From the IMG/VR virus record IMGVR_UViG_3300014059_000005, positions 32,001 to 96,000 of that record: a stretch of 64,000 nucleotides of DNA. The stretch is one strand, 5' to 3'. Shown one piece after another: positions 19,650 through 28,900 of this stretch. Both the position numbers and the translations under genes were made by a program. The notes under the pieces were generated by a model, which saw only the letters and a list, made by a program, of their open reading frames with translations, did no database searches and had not been told where the DNA came from. Position 1 is the first letter of the stretch. Each line of letters starts with the position of its first letter. The stretch comes from a virus. Its lineage: Duplodnaviria; Caudoviricetes.

Positions 19650-19690
19650 TCGTTCGCAAGAAGTAACCACACAGGACAGCCGAGAACCCG

Positions 19691-20050
19691 ATGGACAACA
19701 AGACCGCACTGTTCCTGATCGAGATGTTTGCCACTCCAACTGAGTTGGGACTTCTGAAGGCATTGCGGGAGAACCCCAACGATGAGGCCTCCAGGAGAGC
19801 CTACATCGACTACCTGCGGGATAATGGCAGGGAAGGCTCCGCCGATGACATCGAGAAGGAAAACTGGATCCCGACCATCGGGCATGTGTATTCTGGAGGG
19901 TACAAGCGCACGATGCCCGTTGCTTCTGGGATGATCTGTTCTGGTGTTGGCCCCATCTCATTGGCTAATTCTGGGGAGGTAGGGGCGGGCAGCATTGGTT
20001 CTGGCCGGGTCGGACTGTTTCATTTTGCTTCTGGAACGGGTATTCTATGA
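19691..20050 (+). CDS. TIGR02996-like (repeat-companion) domain protein with Ser-Gly pentapeptide tail
   Basis: LLKALRENPNDEASRRAYIDYLRDNG; C-terminus GAGSIGSGRVGLFHFASG. Confidence 0.7.
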   Translation: MDNKTALFLIEMFATPTELGLLKALRENPNDEASRRAYIDYLRDNGREGSADDIEKENWIPTIGHVYSGGYKRTMPVASGMICSGVGPISLANSGEVGAGSIGSGRVGLFHFASGTGIL

Positions 20051-21126
20051 ACCTCTACCTCACGGCAGACAGGATAGGCATTGCCTCCGGAGGTGGAGTC
20101 GTCACCCAGAATGAGCTACAGGCCCTCCAGGAGTTCTCGCAGGAGTTCTCGCAGGAGTCTGGAGATGGTGGCACCATTGCTCTCTCCATCGACCACACTG
20201 TCCACTATCCCACGCCCTTCGCCCAGGACGAGTATCTGCTCCAGCACGTCAAGCGACTCCCAGAAATTCCCCGGATCACCCACTGCTATTCCGGTTGCCT
20301 CACGAACACCCTCCAGTATCTGCGACAGAAGGGCTCCAAGATCGTCTACACCGCAGCCGCCCACTCCGTCGCCCTCAGCCGCCAGGCACACGAGGAGATG
20401 GGTGTCCCCTACGACTACCCCCACCTCAACGACCCCGTTCTCTGGGAGCGGTATCTGGAGGGGTACAAGACCGCCCACGCTCTCGTTTGCCCCTCCAGGC
20501 ACTCCAGGGACGTCATGCGGGGCTTCGGTTGCACCCAGCCGATCCATGTGATCCCTCATGGAATCTATCCTTCCGGTGCTCGGGTGTGGAGTCCGCCACG
20601 GATCTTTACTGTGGGCTACCTGGGGTCCTATGGCCCGGACAAGGGCATTCCCACATTGCTCAGAGCCTGGTCCAGACTCAAACTACCAGACGCGAAGCTC
20701 ATTCTAGCGGGTAGGGATTCTCGTACATCCTACGTCCAGAGACTTCTGTTCCAGAATTGTCCAGATTCCTCCAACGTCGAATGTCTGGGCTGGCTGGAGA
20801 GTATTACGCCCTTCTACGAATCGTTGTCGGCGTACACACAGAATTCGATTTCAGAGGGATTTGGAATTGAGGTCTTGGAAGCCATGTCGCATGGAGTTCC
20901 TGTTCTCTGTTCCGATCATGCGGGAGCCTGTGATCTGGTTCCCAGCAATTACCACTTCCGGGCAGGGGACCATAACCAACTAGCTGACAAACTGACCCAA
21001 CTCAGAAGTATCTTGCAAGCTGGGAACCACGATACGATCTCGCGCAACTGGCGGGATATTGGTTCTTATTACTCCTGGGACCGTGTCCGGGGGATGTACA
21101 GGGACTTATGGAGGACTCTCGCGTGA
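20047..21126 (+). CDS. GT4 glycosyltransferase
   Basis: VIPHGI...GYLGSYGPDKGIPTLLRAW...SEGFGIEVLEAMSHGVPVLCS. Confidence 0.9.
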   Translation: MNLYLTADRIGIASGGGVVTQNELQALQEFSQEFSQESGDGGTIALSIDHTVHYPTPFAQDEYLLQHVKRLPEIPRITHCYSGCLTNTLQYLRQKGSKIVYTAAAHSVALSRQAHEEMGVPYDYPHLNDPVLWERYLEGYKTAHALVCPSRHSRDVMRGFGCTQPIHVIPHGIYPSGARVWSPPRIFTVGYLGSYGPDKGIPTLLRAWSRLKLPDAKLILAGRDSRTSYVQRLLFQNCPDSSNVECLGWLESITPFYESLSAYTQNSISEGFGIEVLEAMSHGVPVLCSDHAGACDLVPSNYHFRAGDHNQLADKLTQLRSILQAGNHDTISRNWRDIGSYYSWDRVRGMYRDLWRTLA

Positions 21127-21374
21127 ACTTACCGATACCTCAGATCCGTACCAAGTCTCAGGTGGATCGGCGACTCGCAGAATCCGTGGCCACCGAGATG
21201 AAGCAAGCTGTCGAGTACATCAACAAGGTACTCGACAGCTGTCGGGAATTGCCTGCACGATTGGAACTGAAGTACCTGGGACCTACACAACTGCACAACG
21301 AAATGTTGCGACGGTTGCGGGAATCCGGATACGATGTGAGGACGGACGAGGAAGCCGTCTGGAAGATTTCCTGA
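21123..21374 (+). CDS. Hypothetical protein
   Basis: GTGA overlap with the GT4 stop; GGAGG upstream. Confidence 0.55.
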   Translation: MNLPIPQIRTKSQVDRRLAESVATEMKQAVEYINKVLDSCRELPARLELKYLGPTQLHNEMLRRLRESGYDVRTDEEAVWKIS

Positions 21375-21410
21375 AGAGGTCTTCCGACTCCGATACACAT
21401 GGAGAGAGGT

Positions 21411-22100
21411 ATGCAATCCCAGGCAGAAGCCCAAACAGAATTCCAGGAAGAATTCGTATTACCGGAGCCCATACCTTCCAGACGCAAGGGGATCCCAGTT
21501 CCGAGAACAGCACTCCCCTCCCTACGTTCTGTGGAAGAGCGGAACGACATGGTGGTCGCCAACCGAGAACTGGTCTACTCCTACGTCCACGAATTCTTCC
21601 GAGCCCGCCAGGGGCTGGAGTTCGTCTACGACATGGAGGACGCCTGTGCCGATGGCTTCTTGGGTCTGATCCGTGCCTGTGAATTGTTCGATCCCGACAA
21701 GGGATTCGCTCTTTCCACCTATGTCCATTACTGGGTCTTCAACTACCTGATGGTGGGCATGCGGAACCAGTATCTGGTCCGTCGTAGTGGAGTCTGCCGC
21801 AAGACCTACAAACGATGGACCCTCAATGAGGACATCGATCAGAGAACCCACGAGGAAGACCCCACGGACCTCCTGGCCCAGGGAGATGCTCGCGAACTCC
21901 TGGAGGATGCCATGCGATTCCTCAATGTTCGCGAGAAGAGGGTCATCCAGTTGAAGCTCCAGGGCAAGACCCTGGAAGAATGCGGAGTCGAGATCGGAGT
22001 AACCAAGGAACGTGCCAGGCAGTTGCATATTCGGGCCAGGCAGAGACTTCGCAAGATCCTGGCCAACAACAGGCCCAAACTGACTGCGCAATCACTCTAG
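21411..22100 (+). CDS. Sigma-70 family RNA polymerase sigma factor
   Basis: Region 2 GFLGLIRACELFDPDKGFALSTYVHYW; region 4 TLEECGVEIGVTKERARQL. Confidence 0.9.
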   Translation: MQSQAEAQTEFQEEFVLPEPIPSRRKGIPVPRTALPSLRSVEERNDMVVANRELVYSYVHEFFRARQGLEFVYDMEDACADGFLGLIRACELFDPDKGFALSTYVHYWVFNYLMVGMRNQYLVRRSGVCRKTYKRWTLNEDIDQRTHEEDPTDLLAQGDARELLEDAMRFLNVREKRVIQLKLQGKTLEECGVEIGVTKERARQLHIRARQRLRKILANNRPKLTAQSL

Positions 22101-22112
22101 AAAAGGCTCCCT

Positions 22113-22553
22113 ATGGAAGGCTTTGCACTGTTGCTGGGCCACCTGGTCGGCGATTTCATTCTGCAAAATGACTTCCTTGCATACTGGAAGACCAATCCGC
22201 CCCCAGAACTGGATCACGGCGACGTTCCCGAGAAGCAGGACTTCCTGGAATACCTGTTCATGCTTCTGGTGGATATCTCCCCGGTATTGGTAGCGGCAAT
22301 TGCCTGCACACTACACTGCCTGCTCTACACTCTGGCGATCTGGGTCTTCAGTTACAAATGGATATCGATCTGGGGACTTCTCGCTTGTTTTCTTGCGCAT
22401 TGGCCCATCGATCGTTTTCGTCTGGCGAAGTGGTGGATGGGCAAGATGGGACAGACCAAGTTCGCCACGGGACCATTATCCCCCTGGTCGGTGATCGTGG
22501 TGGATAATACCTTTCATTTGCTGACCCTGTACGTCATCTGGTTGTGTCACTGA
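22113..22553 (+). CDS. DUF3307-like membrane protein
   Basis: GHLVGDFILQ...H..Y...HWPID...DNTFH pattern with hydrophobic helices. Confidence 0.75.
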   Translation: MEGFALLLGHLVGDFILQNDFLAYWKTNPPPELDHGDVPEKQDFLEYLFMLLVDISPVLVAAIACTLHCLLYTLAIWVFSYKWISIWGLLACFLAHWPIDRFRLAKWWMGKMGQTKFATGPLSPWSVIVVDNTFHLLTLYVIWLCH

Positions 22554-22603
22554 GTTCTTCTGAATTCTTTTGAGTTCTTCGTTTCTATATCTCCAGGAAC
22601 AAT

Positions 22604-24463
22604 ATGATCCAGATCAACAAGCCGCCCCACCAACGCATCCTCGAACTGGGCGGTGGCGAGCATCCCAATCCAGCCTCCGATGTCCGCGTGGACATCCGTC
22701 CCATCGAGGGCAAGGTAGACTGGGTCCAGGACTTCGAGAACGAGCCTCTGCGATGCCAGTCCGGGGAATTCGATTGTGTCTATTCCCATTTCTGCCTGGA
22801 GCACATTAGCTACACCAAGCTGCCCGCCCTCTTGAAGGAGATCCATCGGGTCTTGAAGCCCAATGGTAAGGTGCTCATCGCCGTTCCCAATACCCTCAAG
22901 CAGATCGAATGGCTCCTGTCCCACCCCGAGGGCTGGGATGGTAAGGACTTCTTCACGGCCTCCTCGGAACTGCTATTTGGTTCCCAGACCTATGATGCCA
23001 ATGCCCACAAGTGCTTCTTTACCCCAGAAGCTCTGGCCAAACTCTTCCGAGAAGCTGGGTTCGATCACGTCCGCACCACCGCCTACGGTGAACGATCGAC
23101 CGACATGGTGCTCGATGCAGTCAAATTGGCACCAGGCAGCACCTCATCTACGACACAGTCTACAACACCAACTACTGTATCAACTACCGCACCAATTACT
23201 CCGCTCACCGAGGATGCCGTGGTCCAGGCCACGGAGAGCCTCAACGCCCTCATGGGGAGCAAGGACACCCCACAATCCCCCGCTCCAACGAGCATCGCTT
23301 CTCTTACGAGGGAGGAGATGTTCGACAAGCACTACTTCAACGGCGGTGGCAAGGTAGGTGGTTATGCCCGTGAGGGCTACTGGGACTATCCAGTCCACAA
23401 TATCACCGCCCAGCACGTTCGGGTCCGTCGCCCCCAATCTGTGCTGGAAATTGGCTGCGGTAGGGGCTATATCCTCAAACGCCTCCAGGATTGGGGAATT
23501 CCTGTCTGCGGTCTGGAAATCTCCCGGCATGCCTGGATGACCCGCGTCATCGATCCCATCCTCAACATCGATATTTGCACCGAGAGATGGCCAATCGAGG
23601 ATCAGGCCTTCGATATGTCCTTCTCGATGGCAACCTTCGAGCACATTCCTGAGCAGTACATTGCTCATGTTCTGTCGGAGTTGAGGAGGACGTGCAAGTC
23701 GCATTTGCATGGTATCGACTTCGGCCAGCATGACGATGGCTTTGATAAAACGCATGTAAGTCTTTTACCACCAACAACTTGGGTCCAGAAGTTCCATGAG
23801 GCGGGCCTGACCAACTTCGAGATTCTGGACAAGGAGTCTCTGGAACGGGGGGACATGCCCCAGGAAGTCTTTGCCGATGATGGCAAGATCAAGCTGGCGG
23901 TAGGCACCTTCACTGTAATGAGTCATTACGGTTGGCAGAACATCGACGTTCACGATCTCATGGGCTTTGCCCAGACGCATGGCTATCGCTACCACCGGAT
24001 CGATGCTCGCAATGGTCTACCCTGGAAGACCTCCGAGGTCTCTCTGATCTCCTGCTCGCACATGCTGGAGCATCTGAGTTACCGAGAGGGTCTGGGACTC
24101 CTGCGTGAGTTCCGCAGGCTCATCAAGCCCGATGGTGCGGTGCGGGTCGCGGTCCCCAATGCCCAACTCCTGCTCGAACACTACGAACGCCGTACTCTGG
24201 ATGAGTTCATCCCTATCAGTGATGGAGTCGAGAACGCCACCACCCAAATGCAGAAACTCTGGGCACTTCTCAATGAGGGCCACCAGGCTACCTATGACAG
24301 GGAGACCCTCTGCCAGCAGTTCGAGGACGCTGGATTCGTGCCCACGGTAGCAGCCTTCCGATCCTGTCTCCAGCATCCAGGTTCCCGACAGATCCTGCGG
24401 GAGACCCTGGACATGCACCCCAGTCTCTCGCTCTATGTGGATGCCGTTCCCAAAGTTGTCTGA
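22604..24463 (+). CDS. Multi-domain class I SAM-dependent methyltransferase (three tandem domains)
   Basis: ILELGGG...HFCLEH...EIHRVLKPNG; VLEIGCGRG...TFEH; HMLEHL...EFRRLIKPDG. Confidence 0.85.
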   Translation: MIQINKPPHQRILELGGGEHPNPASDVRVDIRPIEGKVDWVQDFENEPLRCQSGEFDCVYSHFCLEHISYTKLPALLKEIHRVLKPNGKVLIAVPNTLKQIEWLLSHPEGWDGKDFFTASSELLFGSQTYDANAHKCFFTPEALAKLFREAGFDHVRTTAYGERSTDMVLDAVKLAPGSTSSTTQSTTPTTVSTTAPITPLTEDAVVQATESLNALMGSKDTPQSPAPTSIASLTREEMFDKHYFNGGGKVGGYAREGYWDYPVHNITAQHVRVRRPQSVLEIGCGRGYILKRLQDWGIPVCGLEISRHAWMTRVIDPILNIDICTERWPIEDQAFDMSFSMATFEHIPEQYIAHVLSELRRTCKSHLHGIDFGQHDDGFDKTHVSLLPPTTWVQKFHEAGLTNFEILDKESLERGDMPQEVFADDGKIKLAVGTFTVMSHYGWQNIDVHDLMGFAQTHGYRYHRIDARNGLPWKTSEVSLISCSHMLEHLSYREGLGLLREFRRLIKPDGAVRVAVPNAQLLLEHYERRTLDEFIPISDGVENATTQMQKLWALLNEGHQATYDRETLCQQFEDAGFVPTVAAFRSCLQHPGSRQILRETLDMHPSLSLYVDAVPKVV

Positions 24464-24472
24464 TTCCCAGAG

Positions 24473-24961
24473 TTGTTTGATTTTCAGGAGGTTCCCTTGC
24501 TCATCATCGGAGAAGGTGGCAATCTCTATGCCTCGGGCCAGCTGATCTGGTCCGGGGCCTATCCCGGACTCCTGTCGGGTACGGTCATGACTCCAGCGAT
24601 GGTCAGTGACTATCAATGGAACTGTGCAGAGTGTGGCACCCTGGTAAGGTGGTTCCAGCCCCGAGTGGAATTGTTCAACATCTCGGGTGGGATCCAGAGG
24701 TATTGCCTTCTCTGTACCAATTACGATACGGTGAAATTCCAATTCCGAACCAGGGAATCCTGGATCCAGGACTCTTTGCCCGTCTGGTGCTCAGGGGCTC
24801 CCTGGTACACGATCCATGATGTACTCCTGGATCAGGGCCGTACCAGGGATGCCGCCCACATTGCCAACCTGGCGATCTACCGTAATACCAGTTCTTCTGG
24901 GATCTCTTCTGGGATCTCTTCTGGAATTTCTTCGAGGATATCCTCCGGGATATCCTCGTAG
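24473..24961 (+). CDS. Hypothetical protein with CxxC pairs and SSGI tail
   Basis: CAEC, CLLC; Ser-Gly-rich; TTG start. Confidence 0.5.
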   Translation: MFDFQEVPLLIIGEGGNLYASGQLIWSGAYPGLLSGTVMTPAMVSDYQWNCAECGTLVRWFQPRVELFNISGGIQRYCLLCTNYDTVKFQFRTRESWIQDSLPVWCSGAPWYTIHDVLLDQGRTRDAAHIANLAIYRNTSSSGISSGISSGISSRISSGISS

Positions 24962-25215
24962 ATGATCTCATCGCCCACGGGATCCCACTGTCCAATGTGT
25001 GGGTAGTTCTTGGCATCTTCTGCCGCGTAGGGGCGGAATTCGGCCTTCCAGACGGCCGCCCTTCCCGTCTCGGACTCCAGTACCTTATCCCTGGCAAGTC
25101 GCAATGCCTCCCCCAGGGAGGGGACCAGTCTCTTGCGCAGGATCGATGTGTCCTCGGGATATCTCCTGTGGACACACCATTCCACACACCACCTTACCTC
25201 TCCAACGACCGGCAT
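24877..25215 (-). CDS. Hypothetical protein with EEIP-repeat acidic tail
   Basis: ATG at 25215 after GGAG; convergent overlap with 24473-24961. Confidence 0.55.
   Translation of the reverse strand: MPVVGEVRWCVEWCVHRRYPEDTSILRKRLVPSLGEALRLARDKVLESETGRAAVWKAEFRPYAAEDAKNYPHIGQWDPVGDEIIYEDIPEDILEEIPEEIPEEIPEELVLR
24891..24958. repeat. Imperfect 12-bp tandem repeat (TCTTCTGGGATC-like)
   Basis: About 5 copies read directly. Confidence 0.8.
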
Positions 25216-25443
25216 GGTTATCGTCTCCGTCAGGAGTGAATTGTCGCGGTTCCACCCACGCAACAACTATGCCATACTTTTCGGGAAAGTCAAATCGGGG
25301 TGACATCCCCCTTTCGACTTTCACTGGTCGATTATTCCTCCGAAGGGAATAATGCCAGTTGTGTGATCTGCAAGGGATCGACGACACAAAGACGTGTCCC
25401 GATCGCTTTTACCAAAACCTCCTACTACTGGAGTGGCAAACCA

Positions 25444-25905
25444 ATGCCTGAACGTCAGCCTACGAAGAACGCACTCTTCATCGCCGGCACCAACCTGGAG
25501 TCCGGCACCCCCAATACTGGCCAGATCCAGTACACGCTGGGCGGAACCAAGACCTATACCCGGTTCTCGGGCACCGTGGGTCCGGATACCGCGATCTGGG
25601 TGGGTGCGGGACGTCTGGACTCTCTGTACCTGATCCCGTCCGCCGACCAGGCGGCATCGGGCAAGACGATCCTGTTCTACGACTCGGCCGTCGTTGCCTC
25701 GGGTGGTCCTATTGCGGCCTCCGGCCACAAGGTGCTGGCCGGTATCCAGATCGGCGGTACTCCACAACCTGCCAATTTGTCGGGCCTCATCAACTACGGG
25801 GGCCTGGTCCAGTGCGGCTTCCCGTTCAACTCCGGATTGGTGGCCACCACCGCCTCCGGGCAGTTCGGGTTCTCCGTCAGCTTTACCCCAGTTGTCAGCG
25901 GTTGA
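25444..25905 (+). CDS. Ser-Gly-rich virion (decoration-like) protein
   Basis: GGAG RBS; GAGRLDSL...FYDSA...G.PFNSGLV motif. Confidence 0.65.
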   Translation: MPERQPTKNALFIAGTNLESGTPNTGQIQYTLGGTKTYTRFSGTVGPDTAIWVGAGRLDSLYLIPSADQAASGKTILFYDSAVVASGGPIAASGHKVLAGIQIGGTPQPANLSGLINYGGLVQCGFPFNSGLVATTASGQFGFSVSFTPVVSG

Positions 25906-25996
25906 TCGGCTCATTCTTCCCGGTGTGGGGTAGGTCCGGCCAGCCTCCCCACGCCGTTTATACGCTGTTTCCTAGCCCGATACCGGACTCCCTGGG

Positions 25997-28900
25997 TTGT
26001 CTATGGACGCTATCACGCTACTGGGATACCTGACCAAAGACCTCCAGCAAACGCAGGAGTCCCCCGAGGCCAAAGTCAAGTATGGCTATCTGGGAGCAAT
26101 TCTCCCCCCACGTCTTGCCAACCAGATCACCGATTGGGTCCGCAAGAATATTCCGAACTCCGTTCTCGGTGCTGGTGGCAGGGAAACCACCCCTCATGTG
26201 ACTATCAAGTATGGGTTCATCCAGTCTGGCCCGGAGACCCTGCGGGCGGTCCAGCACTATCTCTCCACAGTCCGACCCTTCCCCATCAAGTTGCTGGGGG
26301 TGTCTCTCTTCAAGGGCAACCCCGATGGGGATGTCCTCAAGATCGATGTGGAGTCCCAGGAGTTGCGGAGACTCAACCGGGAGTTCTCTTCGCGATTTCG
26401 CTGCCATGACAAACATCCCCACTACCATCCGCATCTGACCCTGGCTTATGTCGATCCAAGGCATTCGGGAATGCTGGTCCGCAGGGTGCCCTATTTCCTC
26501 CCTACCGAGGTGATGATCGATACCCTGGAGTTCTCCACTCCCGAGAGGGAGAAGACCCACATCCACCTCTCCCGTGGTCTCAAGGCCATGTCCTATCTGA
26601 ATAACCTCACGGGTGGTGCCCTGGTGGGAGCCAGGGTCCCTGAGAGGCTCCAGGAGAAGAAGCGATCGAAGTTGCTCTGGGAGCGCAAGGCCCTCAAGAG
26701 CCCCCAGGCTGGCTCCCGGATGCACGAGGAGAAGCAGATGTCCGAGGAGGACGTCAAGGCTTCTCTGATTGCTGATGTCCTGGCGTCGGTCCTGACTCCA
26801 AATCCATCCGGGCAGAAGTTCCTGACTGGATATCTGGTGAAAGGATATGAGGAGAAAAAGGACAGTAGGGGTCGTCGATATTGCTATGACCCCGATAAGA
26901 AGCCTTCTCGGATACCTTGCAGAGTAAAAGATGAGGCAGAAAAGACCGGAGGCGGAAATCAGCAGACTCCACAGCAACAAGCTCCCGCCCAGGGAGCCCA
27001 AGGACCGGCCCAGGACCCGACCACCCAGGGGCAAGAAGCGGCCCAGGAAGCCCAGCAAGGGGCTCAGGAAGGCCCCCAGGATGCCCCACAAGGCGAGCAG
27101 AAGCAAAAGAGACGCTACGCTCGCCGTGGCTCCAACAAGGTCACTCTGGACGACGCCAGGGCCAAGATCGCTGAGGTCAAGGCGAAAATCGCCGAACTCA
27201 AGGGCGAGCCCATCCCCGAGGAGTTGGTGAACGGTCTGATCCAGACTCTCTGGGACATGACCGTGGTCAACCTCAAGGCCCTCCGCAAGGAGGTCGGTGC
27301 CAGGACTGCTCCCAGGAAGCCGGAGTTGATCGATAAGATCAAGAACGTGGTTGCCGTACCTGCTGAAGAGACCCCAGCGGAGGAGCCAGTAGCAGAACCG
27401 ATGGCAGAGGAAACTCCGACTGAGGAAACTCCGACTGAGGAAACACCAGAAGAAGTTCCTGCTGAGGAACCTGTAGCGGAAGAAGTTGCGGAAGAGACCC
27501 CAGCAGAAGAAGTCCCAGTTGAGGAAACTCCCGCAGAACCCGAGCCTGGCAGTTTCGAGGATGATAGTGACCTTACGGGTGAAGAGACCGAAGCAGCCCA
27601 AACCGAAACCCCAGAAGCAGTCGAAGAGGTAGCTCCGGAAGCGACCCAAACTCCAGAGCCGACTCCAGAGCAATCTCAGGAGACCCCCCAAGAAACTCCT
27701 CAAGAACAGATCCAGGAGGAGACTCAGGAACAGGAGACACCCACCGCCCCACGCGAACCCAGAAAGCTGGATCGCAAGGAAGCAGCTGGGCTCATTAACA
27801 AATATGGGGTGGGTAAGCCCGGAGCGAATACCCCGCTCCACAAGGAAGCCCCCGACGTGGCCATCCTTGTGGACGACATCGCCAACGCGGTTGCGGATGG
27901 GGAGCGGCCCGCTGGCAAGGATGTTCGGAAACTCATGGATGTCGTCGAGGAAGCTGCCTACGATCCCGATGGCTGGGGCAAGCTGGGCAATCGGGAGACC
28001 TATGAGGATCTCCGAGACCTGGTGCTCACCGCCAGCAAGAATCGCTATGAACCCACAGATCCAGTGGAGAAATCCGGAGAGGTAACTCCCCGGGGAGAAA
28101 CCAAACCCAAAGGACCCGTTGCCGATCGGTTTGCGACCAAGGCCACCGATATCAAGCCCGTGGATGCTGCCCGAGCCGATGAGATCGCCAAGAAGTATGG
28201 TATGCGACAGGGATCCAAACTCAGATCCCGTGATACCATGATGGCCACCGCTGTCGAGGGTCTGGCCCAGGCGGTCAAACAGGGTGGACAGGCCAATGCC
28301 AGGTTGATAGAGAAAGTCACCGAGCAACTGGACGCCGCTGCCCGTGACGAGACGGGTTATGGTGTATTTGGTGATCAGGAAGCCTACGAAGCGATCCGGG
28401 ATCTGGCGGTCCAGGCTTCTGGTGGTGCCTACGAGCCCGTCGCCCCCGTTGAAAAATCGCAACCCACCACCGAAGAGAGAGTGGATCTTCAGGACGATGT
28501 TTTCGATGAAGATGTTGGTGATGAGACCGAGGACATCGGTAGTGGAAATGAAAAGCAGGATAAACTGGTCCGGGAATACTCAAAGCGAGAAGCAGAAAAA
28601 GAAGCAGAACTTCAAAGACGTGAGCAAGAAGCTGGAATTGGATCTGGGACACCTGAAGGCCGAGAGTGGCTGCAATATCAACACAAGGGAGAGAAATCCC
28701 CCCCACAAGAGGCAAGCACCATAGATGCCGCTGCCGCCAAAAAACTACTAAAGATTCTGCGGAGCAACGCAGAGACTGGAATTGAGCCACAGACTGCTCT
28801 AGGTCTTCGTGTGATGGCTCGTCAGATCGCTGAGGGGCGTGAGGTTTGGGATATTGGCCGCAAGGATCTGGACAATCTGATTCAGCAGGCTACCGATGAT

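Noticed and set aside
26018-28462. 814-aa minus-strand ORF, and similar ones at 34926-36218 and 37321-38709
   Set aside because: Antisense shadows of biased-codon + strand genes with no recognisable motifs
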